A DNA stretch of 64,000 nucleotides, from contig CAWDOY010000019.1 of assembly GCA_963803975.1 (NCBI GenBank), forward strand, positions 1 through 64,000, in the 5' to 3' direction. The position numbers and the translations under genes are program-made. This DNA is from an uncultured delta proteobacterium (lineage in GTDB: Bacteria; Desulfobacterota; WTBG01; CAIYCZ01). Shown here in pieces: positions 53,997 through 64,000 of the stretch (the first letter of the stretch is position 1; each line of letters opens with the position of its first letter). The notes under the pieces are model-generated. The model ran no database searches. It worked only from the letters and a program-made list of their open reading frames with translations, and was not told the origin of the DNA.

Positions 53997-54385
53997 ATCA
54001 GGCCATGACCCATATGAACACCTCAGACTACCTCTGCGTCAAGAACTATGATGCAGGCGCCAGCGTTACTGAGTCATACTCCGAATTCGACCATCTGGAA
54101 AAGGAGACGGAGATCAATAGCAGGTCTTTTCATCCATCCGGCATTAAGGATGATAGCAGCAGAGGCAATGCTACTCTAGAGGCCAGGATTGCATCCTCTG
54201 TTATCGGCAAGGCCCATATCGCCTGGCAGTCCAAAGATGTAAAATCAGGTCCCTATGGCCGCCATGCGGTTTATGGACTGGTGCAGGAGGACTTGATCGG
54301 CGTCCTCAACATTGAGAGGTTCATACATCTGAGCAGCAACGATTCCTATGGATTTTCAGGACCAGATTGGCTTCCCTGCAGCTAG
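53997..54385 (+). CDS. 3' fragment of an archaeal hypothetical protein
   Basis: Open frame from the junction to ...GPDWLPCS*; no 5' end present. Confidence 0.45.
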
Positions 54386-54478
54386 TGAGAGATAAATACG
54401 CTTTAATCGTTCATCGACGTAGCATTCTTCCGAATTTGCCGCAAAGTATTCATATCCGATTCTGTGAAATAACCGACT

Positions 54479-57283
54479 GTGAGCGCCTTCGACCAGCTTC
54501 ATCATCGGATCAGAGCAATACTGAAAGAGCAGGGCATAAACGAGCCGACGCTCCCTCAGGAGAAGGCGATACCAGCAATTCTAGCAGGAGAGAACGTTCT
54601 CCTCATCGCCCCCACAGGCACAGGGAAGACGGAAGCTGCAAGCTTGCCCATCTTTCACCAGATATTGTCCGGCGAAGGAAAGAGCATAAAAGGAATAAAA
54701 GCGATATACATCACACCCCTGCGTGCCCTGAACAGAGACATGCTTCGCCGCTTTCATGACTGGGGCGAAAACCTGGGGATCTCGGTGGCGGTTCGCCATG
54801 GCGACACCAGCCAGAGCGATAGAAGGAGGCAATCATTGAGTCCACCAGACCTCTTGATCACCACCCCCGAGACTCTGCAGGTCATGCTCACCGGAAAGAG
54901 GCTGCGCCTTAATCTCTCCACCGTCAGGACAGTAGTGGTGGATGAGGTTCATGAGATGGCCTCATCCAAACGCGGCTCTCAGCTCTCTGTTCTCCTGGAA
55001 AGGCTTGTTGAGATCGCCGGAGATTTTCAGCGCATCGGCCTCTCTGCCACCGTTGGATCCCCGGAAGCCGTAGCCAGGCTGCTCGTCGGAACAAATAGAG
55101 GATACAGGATCGTCTGTGCGGATGTGGAAAGGGCAAGCGACTATCAGGTGGTAAGCCCTCAGCCTAAAGGCGGGGACTATTCCCTGGCCAGCACATTGGA
55201 ATGCGACCCCCGTTTGGCTGCTCAGATCCGCTGGATCCGAGATAAGGTGAAAGATAAGAAATGCCTTATCTTCGTCAACACCAGACAGGCGGCCGAGGTT
55301 CTGGGCTCAAGGTTCAGACAGCTTGGTGAGCCCATTGGAGTTCATCATGGCAGCCTGTCGAAGGAAGCCAGGGTGGAGGCAGAGGAGGCCTTTAAAGCGG
55401 GAGAGATGCAGGGACTTATCTGTACCTCCTCTATGGAACTGGGAATCGATATTGGCGATGTGGATCACGTCATCCAGTACAGCTCTCCCCGCGAGGTCTC
55501 CCGGCTGCTGCAGAGGGTTGGTCGCGCCGGACATCGGATAGGTCTCGTCTCATCCGGCAGCATAATCGCAACCTGTGCCGATGACGTGGCTGAGGCCTGC
55601 GCCATCGCCAGGAGAGCGGCAGACTCGAAGCTGGAGGAGATCAAGATCCATGAGAAGCCGACGGATGTCCTGGCCAATCAGATAGTGGGACTGGAAATCG
55701 ATTTTGGCGATATAAGCCTCCAGAGAGTCCATCAGATAGTCTCCAGAGCCTATCCTTTCCGGGACCTGACAGTGGAGGAGCTGGAGGGAGTAGTCTCTCA
55801 GATGGAGGAGCATAGACTGGTCAGGCGAGATGGAGGCATCCTGCAGAGGACTCGCAAGGCACGGGAGTACTATATCGAGAACCTCTCAATGATCCCGGAT
55901 GAGAAGAGGTACAATGTCTATGACATAGTGGGACGCAGATCGGTGGGAACCCTGGATGAGGCATTTGTGGTTGGCTTCGCCCAGCCCGGTGCCACATTCG
56001 TGACCAAAGGAGAGATCTGGGAGATAACCGAGATTGCTGAGGAGGAGATTAAGGTGGTTCCCATTCAGCGAAGCGGAGAGATCCCCAGCTGGACGGGAGA
56101 GGAGATTCCCGTCCCCTTTGATGTGGCCCAGGAGGTGGGCCGGATCCGGAGGAAGATCAGCGAGATGCTCGGATCGGGCAAGGCTGCGGAAGATGCGGAA
56201 GAGTGGCTCCAGAGTTGCTATCCGGTGGACGATGAGGCGACAAGAGAGCTGGTCGATCTCATAATGAGACAGAGGGAGAAGAATCATCCTGTACCAAACG
56301 AATCTCTGGTGGTAGTGGAAGGCGGCGGGGAGGGAGCGATCATAAACTGCTGCTTCGGCCACAAGACGAATGATACTCTGGGCAGGGTTATCTCCTCCAT
56401 CCTATCCGCCCGCTTTGGGAGCAGCGTGGCCTTGCAGATCGATCCCTACAGAATAGAGCTGACCCTTCCTAAAGCGTTGCTGGCGGAAGAGATCGAGAAG
56501 CTGATAGAGGATCTTGATCCGGACTATGTGCAGCCCATCCTGGAGATGACACTGAAGAACACCTCCCTCCTTCGCTGGAAGATGATCCATGTGGCCCGCA
56601 AGTTCGGTGCCCTATCCAGGGATGTTGACTATCAGAGGGTGAGCATGGCAAAGCTGCTGGCAGTATTCGAGGGCAGCCCCATGTATCGAGAGGCCTTGCG
56701 GGAGATCTATCACGACCGCCTGGATATCGAGCGGACCAGGATGGTTCTGGGGAGGATCAGGGATGGCTCGATGGCCATGACCACCAGCAGCCTCTCGCCT
56801 ATTGGGACCAGCGGCCGGGGAGGCGGAAAGGATGTAACCTCTCCGGAGAATGCGGATGCTGCAGTGATCAAACTCCTCAAAAACAGAATTATGAACGACC
56901 GCGTACTGCTATTTTGCGTGAACTGCAAGAAATGGAAGTCCATGCGTCAGGTCGAACGGGTGCCCGACCGACCTGAGTGCCCTCTGTGCGGTTCCAGGAT
57001 GGTGGCTGCTCTCAAGCCCTGGGAGGAGGATGAGATCAAAGTGGTCCGAAAGCGGGATAAGAAGACCTCTGAGGAGAAGCGCAGGACCAAGAGGGTCTTT
57101 CGCAATGCAAACCTGGTCTTAAGCTATGGCAAGACCGCAGCCATTGCCCTTGCCAGCCGGGGTCTGGGACCTGAGACCGCAGCGAGGGTGATAGGCAAGC
57201 TTCAGAAGGACGAGATCGAGTTTTACAGGGACATCCTTAAAGCGGAAAAGGAGTATGCTCGGACAAAGAGATTCTGGGGTTGA
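54479..57283 (+). CDS. lhr: archaeal Lhr-like DEAD/DEAH helicase with C-terminal zinc ribbon
   Basis: APTGTGKTEA, YITPLRALNRD, ITTPETLQ, VDEVHE, GLSAT, TSSMELGID, QRVGRAGH, ENLSMIPD, CVNC...CPLC. Confidence 0.92.
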   Translation: MSAFDQLHHRIRAILKEQGINEPTLPQEKAIPAILAGENVLLIAPTGTGKTEAASLPIFHQILSGEGKSIKGIKAIYITPLRALNRDMLRRFHDWGENLGISVAVRHGDTSQSDRRRQSLSPPDLLITTPETLQVMLTGKRLRLNLSTVRTVVVDEVHEMASSKRGSQLSVLLERLVEIAGDFQRIGLSATVGSPEAVARLLVGTNRGYRIVCADVERASDYQVVSPQPKGGDYSLASTLECDPRLAAQIRWIRDKVKDKKCLIFVNTRQAAEVLGSRFRQLGEPIGVHHGSLSKEARVEAEEAFKAGEMQGLICTSSMELGIDIGDVDHVIQYSSPREVSRLLQRVGRAGHRIGLVSSGSIIATCADDVAEACAIARRAADSKLEEIKIHEKPTDVLANQIVGLEIDFGDISLQRVHQIVSRAYPFRDLTVEELEGVVSQMEEHRLVRRDGGILQRTRKAREYYIENLSMIPDEKRYNVYDIVGRRSVGTLDEAFVVGFAQPGATFVTKGEIWEITEIAEEEIKVVPIQRSGEIPSWTGEEIPVPFDVAQEVGRIRRKISEMLGSGKAAEDAEEWLQSCYPVDDEATRELVDLIMRQREKNHPVPNESLVVVEGGGEGAIINCCFGHKTNDTLGRVISSILSARFGSSVALQIDPYRIELTLPKALLAEEIEKLIEDLDPDYVQPILEMTLKNTSLLRWKMIHVARKFGALSRDVDYQRVSMAKLLAVFEGSPMYREALREIYHDRLDIERTRMVLGRIRDGSMAMTTSSLSPIGTSGRGGGKDVTSPENADAAVIKLLKNRIMNDRVLLFCVNCKKWKSMRQVERVPDRPECPLCGSRMVAALKPWEEDEIKVVRKRDKKTSEEKRRTKRVFRNANLVLSYGKTAAIALASRGLGPETAARVIGKLQKDEIEFYRDILKAEKEYARTKRFWG

Positions 57284-57359
57284 TGCGATCCTTCAGAAAT
57301 TCCACAAGGCCTTATGAAAAGGATGGGGAATGCAATGGACTATGCGGGCCCACTCTCAC

Positions 57360-57866
57360 TTATGGCAAGCTTTCCTCTTTTTGCGCGTTTAGATAGCCTT
57401 CGATGCGATCGAATCTCTGATCCAGATGGCTCTTCATGTCAGACCTCAATTTTTGTATTTCTCCAATAGTGGAGTCCTGCTTGTCGAGCATTTGGTCTTG
57501 CTTGTCGAGCATCTGGTCTTGCTTGTCGAGCATCTGGTCTTGCTTGTAGAGCATCTGGTCCGTCTTTCCATTCAACTCGGCAAAGCCATTGCTTGTTATC
57601 GAAAGAAGCTTTTCCGTGTTTGATGCGATTACTCTGACCCCTACGACAAGCTCTTTCAGAATCTCTATACCATCATCGAGACGTTCACCCACCTCATCCG
57701 GCCCAGTCATTTTTCGGAAGGTTGGATAAGCACCCGAAGCTTCTGAGAACTCAGATTCAATTTCATGCACATCTATGAGGAGATCCTTTATCTTTATAGC
57801 TGATGCGAGCTTCTCCAGGTTTTCCTTACCGCCCTCGGCAATCAGCAGGACGTGACCATCCGTACG
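57360..57866 (-). pseudogene. 5'-truncated acylphosphatase with coiled-coil tail (Methanosarcinales type)
   Basis: TDGHVLLIAEG...IDVHEIE...FRKMTGPDEVGERLD; in-frame stop just upstream; N-terminal GxVQxVGYR motif absent. Confidence 0.6.
57477..57560 (-). repeat. 21-bp tandem repeat x4 encoding DQMLDKQ
   Basis: TTGCTTGTCGAGCATCTGGTC repeated four times with single mismatches. Confidence 0.9.
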
Positions 57867-57955
57867 GAGTTTTAAAAGGAATCATTCGATCACATGGATT
57901 CTTATACCAGGAATGATCTGCCAATTTCCGGCCTCATCCTGAACTTGAGGATGAT

Positions 57956-58210
57956 CTATCGCCCATGAGAACGATGCAAAAGCTCAATCTTCGGCTTCCC
58001 TCCCAGAGAATTCTTGCAGCCGAGACATTCGAACTTTTTCTCCAGCTCTTCTGAGACCCAAGAAGGTACATTGGATTTGTGAATCTCGGCCATGATGATA
58101 TGCTTCATCATAATGCAATCTCTCTGATCTTCAGCACCGCAGGTATGCGCAAAGAATTCGCTTTGGCCATTCTTCGAATCGGATTTCCCTTTTTCTGCAA
58201 ATTCAATCAT
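57956..58210 (-). CDS. small hypothetical protein
   Basis: 84-aa ORF with AGGA upstream and a CLGC motif; no family recognised. Confidence 0.35.
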   Translation of the reverse strand: MIEFAEKGKSDSKNGQSEFFAHTCGAEDQRDCIMMKHIIMAEIHKSNVPSWVSEELEKKFECLGCKNSLGGKPKIELLHRSHGR

Positions 58211-58469
58211 GTCCTTCTACTCCTGCAGCCATATTTCGGAACCGGAGATTTGTTTGCCCTTGAAGCCGCAGCCTCACGATCCATATCAGGTAACATGCCG
58301 GTTCTGCATATGCCATCATAATATACACCAGTTGAATCACAGGCGCATTGAGATGATTTATATAACTATTAAGAATTATAGACTATATAACTCTTCCCTC
58401 CAGCGATATGTATTTAAAATATTGAAAAAAATGAAGAAAATGTAGTAGGGCGATCTAGATCTTATACTT

Positions 58470-59807
58470 TCAGCTCTTTCCCTTTGTCCTCTCATCCTTG
58501 GCATAGACGTCCCGCAGATCCACGACCTTCTTTGACTTTCCAGCCGTTCTTGGAATCGACCCTTTCTCCACCAGTTCTATCCTGCTCCGCACATTCAAGA
58601 CCGATTTCAGCTTATCCTCAGTGATCTTCCGGATCCGGGCTAAGTCAGCCAGCTCGCCAGTAAATGCCTCGTCCTTCAGCTCAACCTGAATGCTGATCTC
58701 ATCCAGACCGTGCTTCTTTCTGTCCACGACTACCTGGAAGTAGTTTCCAATCTCTGGAATGCTCACTAAGACATCCTCGATCTGGCTGGGGAAGACGTTG
58801 ATGCCCCGCACAATGAGCATATCATCGGCTCTGCCCAGGAATCTATGCAGCTTTCTGCTGGTGCGGCCGCAGGAGCACTTTTCTTCCATAATGTAAGTCA
58901 CGTCGCCTGTGTGGTATCTTATCAGAGGCATAGCCTCCTTGGTCAGAGAGGTAACCACCAGCTCGCCGGGCTCACCAGGCGCACATGGCTGCTCGTTATT
59001 ATCCAGGATCTCAATCAAGAAATGGTCTTCCCAGATATGCAGACCGTTCTGCTCCTGACACTCGAAAGCTACGCCCGGACCCATCATCTCAGAGAGACCG
59101 TAAGAGTCGTAGGCTTTGATGTTCAGGGCCTCCTCCAGTTCTTTGCGTGCCTCGTCCGACCAGGGTTCAGCTCCGAAGCATCCGATCCTCAGCTTGAGCT
59201 TATCCACCACTCCATTGGCCTTGGCGGTCTCTGCCAGGTAGAGGGCATAAGAGGGCGTGCAGTGCAGGACGGTCACCCCGAAGTCCATCATGATCTCCAG
59301 CTGGCGACTAGTATTTCCCACACCGGAGGGAACGGCCATGGCACCCATCCGCTCGATGCCATAGTGAACCCCAAGCCCGCCAGTGAAGAATCCGTAATTC
59401 ACCGCATTCTGGAATATGTCTCCCTTTCTTACCCCGGCCATCACAAAGTCTCTGGCCATGAGGTCTGACCAGGTCTCAATGTCTCTGGCGGTGTAGCCGA
59501 CCACAGTGGGCTTTCCCGTTGTTCCGGAGGAGGCATGAACCCGCACAACCTCATCCAGAGGAACAGCGAAAAGGCCAAAGGGGTAGTTCTCCCTGAGGTT
59601 TTGCTTGCGAGTGGTTGGAAGCTTTGACAGGTCATTGAGGCTTTTTATATCATCTGGAGAAACTCCTGCCTCCTTGAATTTGTTACGATAAAAGGGAACG
59701 CTATTGTAGACCTTCTCTGCGATGCTCTTGAGCCGCCTGAGCTGCAGCTCTTCCAGCTCCTTTCTTTCCATTAGCTCCAATTTCGGTTGCCAGTAATTCA
59801 TTTTCAT
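58470..59807 (-). CDS. paaK: phenylacetate--CoA ligase family protein
   Basis: YPFGLFAVP, HASSGTTGKPT, YGFFTGGLG, GAEPWS, YGLSE, PLIRYHTGD, GRADDMLIVRGINVFPSQIE. Confidence 0.9.
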   Translation of the reverse strand: MKMNYWQPKLELMERKELEELQLRRLKSIAEKVYNSVPFYRNKFKEAGVSPDDIKSLNDLSKLPTTRKQNLRENYPFGLFAVPLDEVVRVHASSGTTGKPTVVGYTARDIETWSDLMARDFVMAGVRKGDIFQNAVNYGFFTGGLGVHYGIERMGAMAVPSGVGNTSRQLEIMMDFGVTVLHCTPSYALYLAETAKANGVVDKLKLRIGCFGAEPWSDEARKELEEALNIKAYDSYGLSEMMGPGVAFECQEQNGLHIWEDHFLIEILDNNEQPCAPGEPGELVVTSLTKEAMPLIRYHTGDVTYIMEEKCSCGRTSRKLHRFLGRADDMLIVRGINVFPSQIEDVLVSIPEIGNYFQVVVDRKKHGLDEISIQVELKDEAFTGELADLARIRKITEDKLKSVLNVRSRIELVEKGSIPRTAGKSKKVVDLRDVYAKDERTKGKS

Positions 59808-60258
59808 ACCCTGATGAATTTGATTTTGCTCGTATGATGCTGCTAATGCTACACTGTGCCATGAGAGAAAACGTCAGGGTATATCAATTCTTCCGCTGCG
59901 GGAGTTAATAGGATAAATAGTTTAGTACGGAACTATAATAAGGACCTTTGAACCGGTTCGATGTGTACATTTTTGTGTCAGGGCTTTACGTAATCGTCTA
60001 TTTAAATATTGGATCGATGAACGTAATCCGGAATAATATGCAGCATATATAGCGTATCAGGCAGATAGTCACTTATTTGCATAATTATTCAATGCAGAAT
60101 GCATTGTTGATGATACCTGCGAGCGGAAAGAGCCGAATTGAATTCCCCAATTAGCTGAAATGGAGCTTGATGGAGCCCGATCACTGTGACCGTAATGCCC
60201 CAATGGTATAGAAGCCTGTTTCAGTAGATCACACTAAAAGATCGCACGGAGAGATACT

Positions 60259-60510
60259 ATGAAAAGAAGCAGAGAAGAGATCTTCTCCCAAATCCTCAAG
60301 ATATGCCTGGATGGAGCAAATAAAACCAAAATAGTGTATCAAGCGAATTTGAACTTTAGAACTGCAAATTCGTATCTTGATATTCTAATAAAAAATCAGC
60401 ATCTAATTGAAACCATCCAAGGAGAACAAATATTATATAAAACTACGACAAAGGGCGAAAATCTCCTGGAATGCATCAATAAGATCAATGATACGTTATT
60501 CCAGAAGTGA
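60259..60510 (+). CDS. archaeal winged-helix transcriptional regulator
   Basis: MKRSREEI..ILKIC.DGANKTKIVYQANLNF...YKTTTKG. Confidence 0.88.
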   Translation: MKRSREEIFSQILKICLDGANKTKIVYQANLNFRTANSYLDILIKNQHLIETIQGEQILYKTTTKGENLLECINKINDTLFQK

Positions 60511-60804
60511 GGACTTGCCTTGCCCCCTTAATTTGTCCACCTGCTCAAATACCGCAACGTACTAACGCTGATTGAATAAGGTGCGAATTGAGCAGATGAA
60601 ATCGATTAATGCAACGAGAGCTAAATTCTTTGTCATTAAAGCTGAACTCATTATATATTCAACAATTTGTTAATAACATGAACAAAAGCTAAGGATAGAT
60701 GATAAGAATTTTAATAGCAGCTAATTCAGTACAGTATTTTTTTCTGAATGGACATAATCGTCTATAATACGGTAAAGAGATTAGGACTGGAATGGAGGAA
60801 GACG

Positions 60805-61083
60805 ATGAAAAGAAATAGAAATGAGATCATCTCCGAGATTCTTAGAATTTGCATAAAAGGAGCGCGCAAGACCAAAGTGGTATATCAGGCAAACCTCAAC
60901 TTCAGAACGGCTGATCCCTATTTGCAGCTTCTCATTAAGAACGATCTCATAGTTTCCAGTCAAGGACCACATGTGGTCTATCAGACGACGGAGAAGGGAA
61001 TGAGCCTGATGAAAACGATAGATCAGGTCCATAGCACTCTGGCCGAATATCAAGATTCGCTTCTCACTCCGACATCGGCGTGA
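60805..61083 (+). CDS. archaeal winged-helix transcriptional regulator, paralog of 60259-60510
   Basis: GGAGG RBS; MKRNRNEI..ILRIC.KGARKTKVVYQANLNF...YQTTEKG. Confidence 0.88.
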   Translation: MKRNRNEIISEILRICIKGARKTKVVYQANLNFRTADPYLQLLIKNDLIVSSQGPHVVYQTTEKGMSLMKTIDQVHSTLAEYQDSLLTPTSA

Positions 61084-61120
61084 ACTACCGCGTCCTGAGG
61101 AGCGCGGCTTCCCACTTCGT
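61080..61120 (+). mobile_element. IS200/IS605-type terminal hairpin remnant
   Basis: GTGAACTA-CCGCG-TCCTGAGGA-G-CGCGG-CTTCC resembles IS200/IS605 end hairpins; no tnpA/tnpB nearby. Confidence 0.45.
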
Positions 61121-61250
61121 ACTTCGTGATCCAACAATTTAAAATCTCATTTTGGGATAGCAATCATACGGCAATCATCAAATTGGTACTGCCATCTTTG
61201 CAGTATGGCCTATCCCAATGCTTTTATCCTTTTTCTTCCCATCCCTCACT

Positions 61251-62150
61251 ATGCCATCCCTTTCTGTCCATGCTGGCGGCCTCGACCTGAAAAATCCGGT
61301 CCTTCTCGCCGCTGGCATCCTGGGCACTACTGGCGCATCCCTCTGCCGCGCATCACGGGCGGGCGCAGGAGGGGTCGTCACCAAGTCCATTGGCTCTGTG
61401 CCAAGAGCGGGCCATCCCGGTCCCTGCATTGTTCATGTGGATTGCGGTCTTATCAATGCCATGGGCCTTCCCAATCCCTCTTACAAGGATTTTCAGGCCG
61501 AGATCGATGCTGCCCGAAAAGGAGGGGTGCCCGTCATCGCCAGCATCTTCGCATCCAGCGCAGAGGAGTTTGCTCAGATCTCTCGCAACCTGGATGCTGA
61601 TGCTTTGGAGCTCAATTTATCCTGCCCTCATGCGGAGAAATACGGCAGCGAGCTGGGACGTTATCCCGATCTGGTGGAATCGGTGACAGGGGCAGTGAAG
61701 GCAGCCTCAAGCGTTCCCGTCTGGGTGAAGCTAACCCCCAACACCGCCGACATCCTGGAGCTGGGGCTTGCCGCCCAGAGAGGAGGAGCTGATGCCGTGG
61801 TAGCCATCAACACTCTGAAGGCCATGGCCATAGATATTGAGACCGGCTATCCCATTCTGGGCAACCGCTTCGGAGGTCTATCCGGACGGGCCATAAAGCC
61901 GGTGGCCGTTCGCGCGGTGTACGATCTTGCCTCCCGTCTGGAGATCCCGGTGATCGGGGTGGGCGGAATATCCTCCTGGGAGGATGCGGTGGAGATGATC
62001 ATGGCAGGAGCCTCCGCTATTCAGGTGGGGACCGCCCTTTTGCAGGGCTATGGCATATTCGAGGAGATCACATCCGGCCTGTCTGCATACCTGGAGAGGA
62101 AATCAATAACTCTTGAAGAGCTGTGCGGCATGGCTGAGAGGCGCTCATGA
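61251..62150 (+). CDS. pyrD: dihydroorotate dehydrogenase family 1B catalytic subunit
   Basis: LKNPVLLAAG, VVTKS, INAMGLPN, ELNLSCPH, VKLTPN, AINT, GGLSG, IGVGGI. Confidence 0.95.
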   Translation: MPSLSVHAGGLDLKNPVLLAAGILGTTGASLCRASRAGAGGVVTKSIGSVPRAGHPGPCIVHVDCGLINAMGLPNPSYKDFQAEIDAARKGGVPVIASIFASSAEEFAQISRNLDADALELNLSCPHAEKYGSELGRYPDLVESVTGAVKAASSVPVWVKLTPNTADILELGLAAQRGGADAVVAINTLKAMAIDIETGYPILGNRFGGLSGRAIKPVAVRAVYDLASRLEIPVIGVGGISSWEDAVEMIMAGASAIQVGTALLQGYGIFEEITSGLSAYLERKSITLEELCGMAERRS

Positions 62151-62917
62151 GACCTATCGATACCATCATACTGGAAGTCAAATCCGAAACCCCTCTGATC
62201 AAGACCCTCCGACTGGACAGGAACCTGGATCCTCATCCCGGGCAGTATGCCATGGTCTGGATACGCGGACTGGATGAGGTTCCCATGAGCTTCTCTGGAC
62301 CTGATACCATCACCGTGCAGTCGGTGGGTGAGGCCTCCGAGGCCCTCAATTCCCTGGGCGAGGGAAGGAACATTGGGCTGCGTGGACCTCTTGGCAAGGG
62401 TTTTACTCTTCTGGGAGAAAGGATTCTGATCATCGGAGGCGGGGTTGGAACTGCGCCTTTGGCCTTCCTGGGCGAGCAGGCCATGAATGCGGGCATGGAG
62501 GTCACATCGCTGATCGGCTATCGCTGCTGCAGCGATATGATACTCCTGGAGAGGTTCCAGAGGCTGGGCAAAACGATCGTCACAACTGACGATGGCTCAA
62601 GCGGGATCTGCGGCCGGGTGGCAGCGGGCCTTGAGACTCTGGACCTTGATCATTACGACCAGATCTATCTATGCGGCCCGGAGCTGATGATGTGGGATGT
62701 AATCTCCCGGACACGAGAGCATGCCAAAAAGACTCAGGCCTGCATCAATCGCTACTTCAAATGCGCTGAGGGCATATGCGGATCGTGCTGCCTGGATCCG
62801 GATGGTCTTAGAGTTTGCGTGGAAGGGCCGGTGATCAGGGCTGATCGCCTTATAGAGAGCGAGTTTGGCCGGTACCGGCGCGGGCCGACAGGTGTCAAGG
62901 GGCCCTGCAGAGAATGA
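62147..62917 (+). CDS. pyrK: dihydroorotate dehydrogenase electron transfer subunit
   Basis: PGQYAMVW, RGPLGKGF, GGGVGTAPL, CGPELMM, KCAEGICGSC...CVEGPV 2Fe-2S motif; ATGA overlap with pyrD. Confidence 0.95.
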   Translation: MRPIDTIILEVKSETPLIKTLRLDRNLDPHPGQYAMVWIRGLDEVPMSFSGPDTITVQSVGEASEALNSLGEGRNIGLRGPLGKGFTLLGERILIIGGGVGTAPLAFLGEQAMNAGMEVTSLIGYRCCSDMILLERFQRLGKTIVTTDDGSSGICGRVAAGLETLDLDHYDQIYLCGPELMMWDVISRTREHAKKTQACINRYFKCAEGICGSCCLDPDGLRVCVEGPVIRADRLIESEFGRYRRGPTGVKGPCRE

Positions 62918-62964
62918 AAATCATAGGGGTAAAGAAGGGCGATGAAGAACGGGGATGAAAGAGG

Positions 62965-63699
62965 ATGATTGTCAGATTCAAGAAGGACGGCCTTGTCAGG
63001 GGCGGCTCGTACAGCATTGAGCATGGAATAGTATCGGGAGGAGAGGTAATTCCCCTGGAGGATGTAGAGCTGCTCACGCCCTGCCAGCCATCGAAGATAA
63101 TCTGCGTGGGCCTGAACTATGTGGAGCATGCCCGGGAATTGAAGATGAAGCTGCCCGAGGAGCCCATCATCTTTCTCAAGCCCCCTACTGCCGCCCTGAG
63201 CCCTGGGGGCGAGATCGTATATCCTCTCTCCAGCCGGCAGGTGGACTATGAAGGGGAGCTAGCGGTGGTGATAGGAAAGAGGGGCAGGAATATCCCGGCA
63301 GATGAAGCAGAAGGTCATATCCTGGGATACACCTGCTTTAACGATGTTACTGCTCGCGATCTGCAGCAAAGAGATACTCAATGGACCCGGGCCAAGAGCT
63401 TTGATACCTTTGCTCCCTTCGGCCCCTGGATTGCATCGATCGATCCCTCTGGCGTTGATATCGAGACTCGGGTGAACGGCGAGACTGTGCAAAAGTCCAA
63501 TACATCGGACCTGATATTCGGCGTTCCCAGGCTCATCGAGTTCATAAGCAGCATCATGACTCTGCAGCCGGGAGATGTGATAGCCACTGGAACGCCGCCG
63601 GGAGTGGGACAGCTGCATCGGGGCGATCTGGTGGAGGTGGAGATCGAGGGGATAGGCGTTCTCAAGAACTCTGTGGTGGCTTCCGACAGGAGTTCATAA
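62965..63699 (+). CDS. fumarylacetoacetate hydrolase family protein
   Basis: [46 protein letters not shown]. Confidence 0.93.
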   Translation: MIVRFKKDGLVRGGSYSIEHGIVSGGEVIPLEDVELLTPCQPSKIICVGLNYVEHARELKMKLPEEPIIFLKPPTAALSPGGEIVYPLSSRQVDYEGELAVVIGKRGRNIPADEAEGHILGYTCFNDVTARDLQQRDTQWTRAKSFDTFAPFGPWIASIDPSGVDIETRVNGETVQKSNTSDLIFGVPRLIEFISSIMTLQPGDVIATGTPPGVGQLHRGDLVEVEIEGIGVLKNSVVASDRSS

Positions 63700-63718
63700 T
63701 CCTTCCCGGCGCAAACGC

Positions 63719-64000
63719 TCATGCAATCGAGTCAAAGACCGCCAGCCAGTCGAAGTCGGTGAAGCTCTCCGGCCCCAGGGGAAAGTAGGTGGGATTCTTT
63801 GCGCTTCCGGATCGACGCGGAAGAGAGGCGATCTCATCTGCAGGAAGCCCCTGGCCTTTGCCGGTGGGGATGAATCGCGCCGGACCAGGAGCAGCAGTCA
63901 GCCGCGCCTCCAGGGTGCGCTCCTCGGGCTTGCCTATGCCATTGGCATCTGATATGCCCACTGCGGTTCCTATAACCGCATAGCCCGATCCCATGATCTG
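63719..64000 (-). CDS. C-terminal part of a protein running off the window, possibly erythromycin-esterase-like
   Basis: Frame open to the window end; YAVIGTAVG...TLEARL...YFPL..FDWLAV resembles the C-terminus of that family, from memory only. Confidence 0.4.
   Translation of the reverse strand, partial: QIMGSGYAVIGTAVGISDANGIGKPEERTLEARLTAAPGPARFIPTGKGQGLPADEIASLPRRSGSAKNPTYFPLGPESFTDFDWLAVFDSIA

Noticed and set aside
57477..57560. Possible CRISPR array (also considered for 22457-22522)
   Set aside because: The repeats are directly tandem with no unique spacers, and no cas genes are in the window.
53997..64000. Inter-domain horizontal transfer of a 10-kb archaeal block
   Set aside because: Genes are broken on both sides of the joint, there are no mobility signatures, the content is housekeeping, and the error profile differs; an assembly or concatenation artefact is more likely.

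Overview
The window contains two segments that appear to come from different organisms. Bases 1 to ~53,996 read as an anaerobic bacterium (Desulfobacterota/'Deltaproteobacteria'-like by gene content) and carry frequent indels that split genes, most likely long-read consensus errors. This part holds a nucleotidyltransferase pair, a six-PAS/GAF kinase with a NarL-type regulator, cobD, a B12-radical SAM gene, recCBD bracketed by two stand-alone PqqD/RRE genes, murA, hisD, a CCA-type nucleotidyltransferase and a FAD oxidoreductase cut off mid-gene. Its main feature is a ~24 kb electron-transfer island (13.2-37.4 kb) of 12 multiheme cytochrome c genes with ~100 heme-binding motifs (93 CxxCH plus 8 atypical, counted by hand across frameshifts). 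The island includes an [octaheme c / cytochrome b / triheme c] module repeated three times with a different fusion pattern each time, an NHL beta-propeller, an FGE-like gene and a convergent tetraheme-NrfC-NrfD operon. Intergenic DNA is rich in small repeats, including inverted purine/pyrimidine octamer arrays around two degraded four-helix-bundle genes and similar arrays with no cargo. From ~53,997 to 64,000 the sequence is archaeal (Methanothrix/Methanosarcinales-like) and free of frameshifts: Lhr helicase, truncated acylphosphatase, paaK-like ligase, two winged-helix regulators, pyrD-pyrK and an FAA hydrolase. All calls come from reading motifs by eye; no database searches were run.
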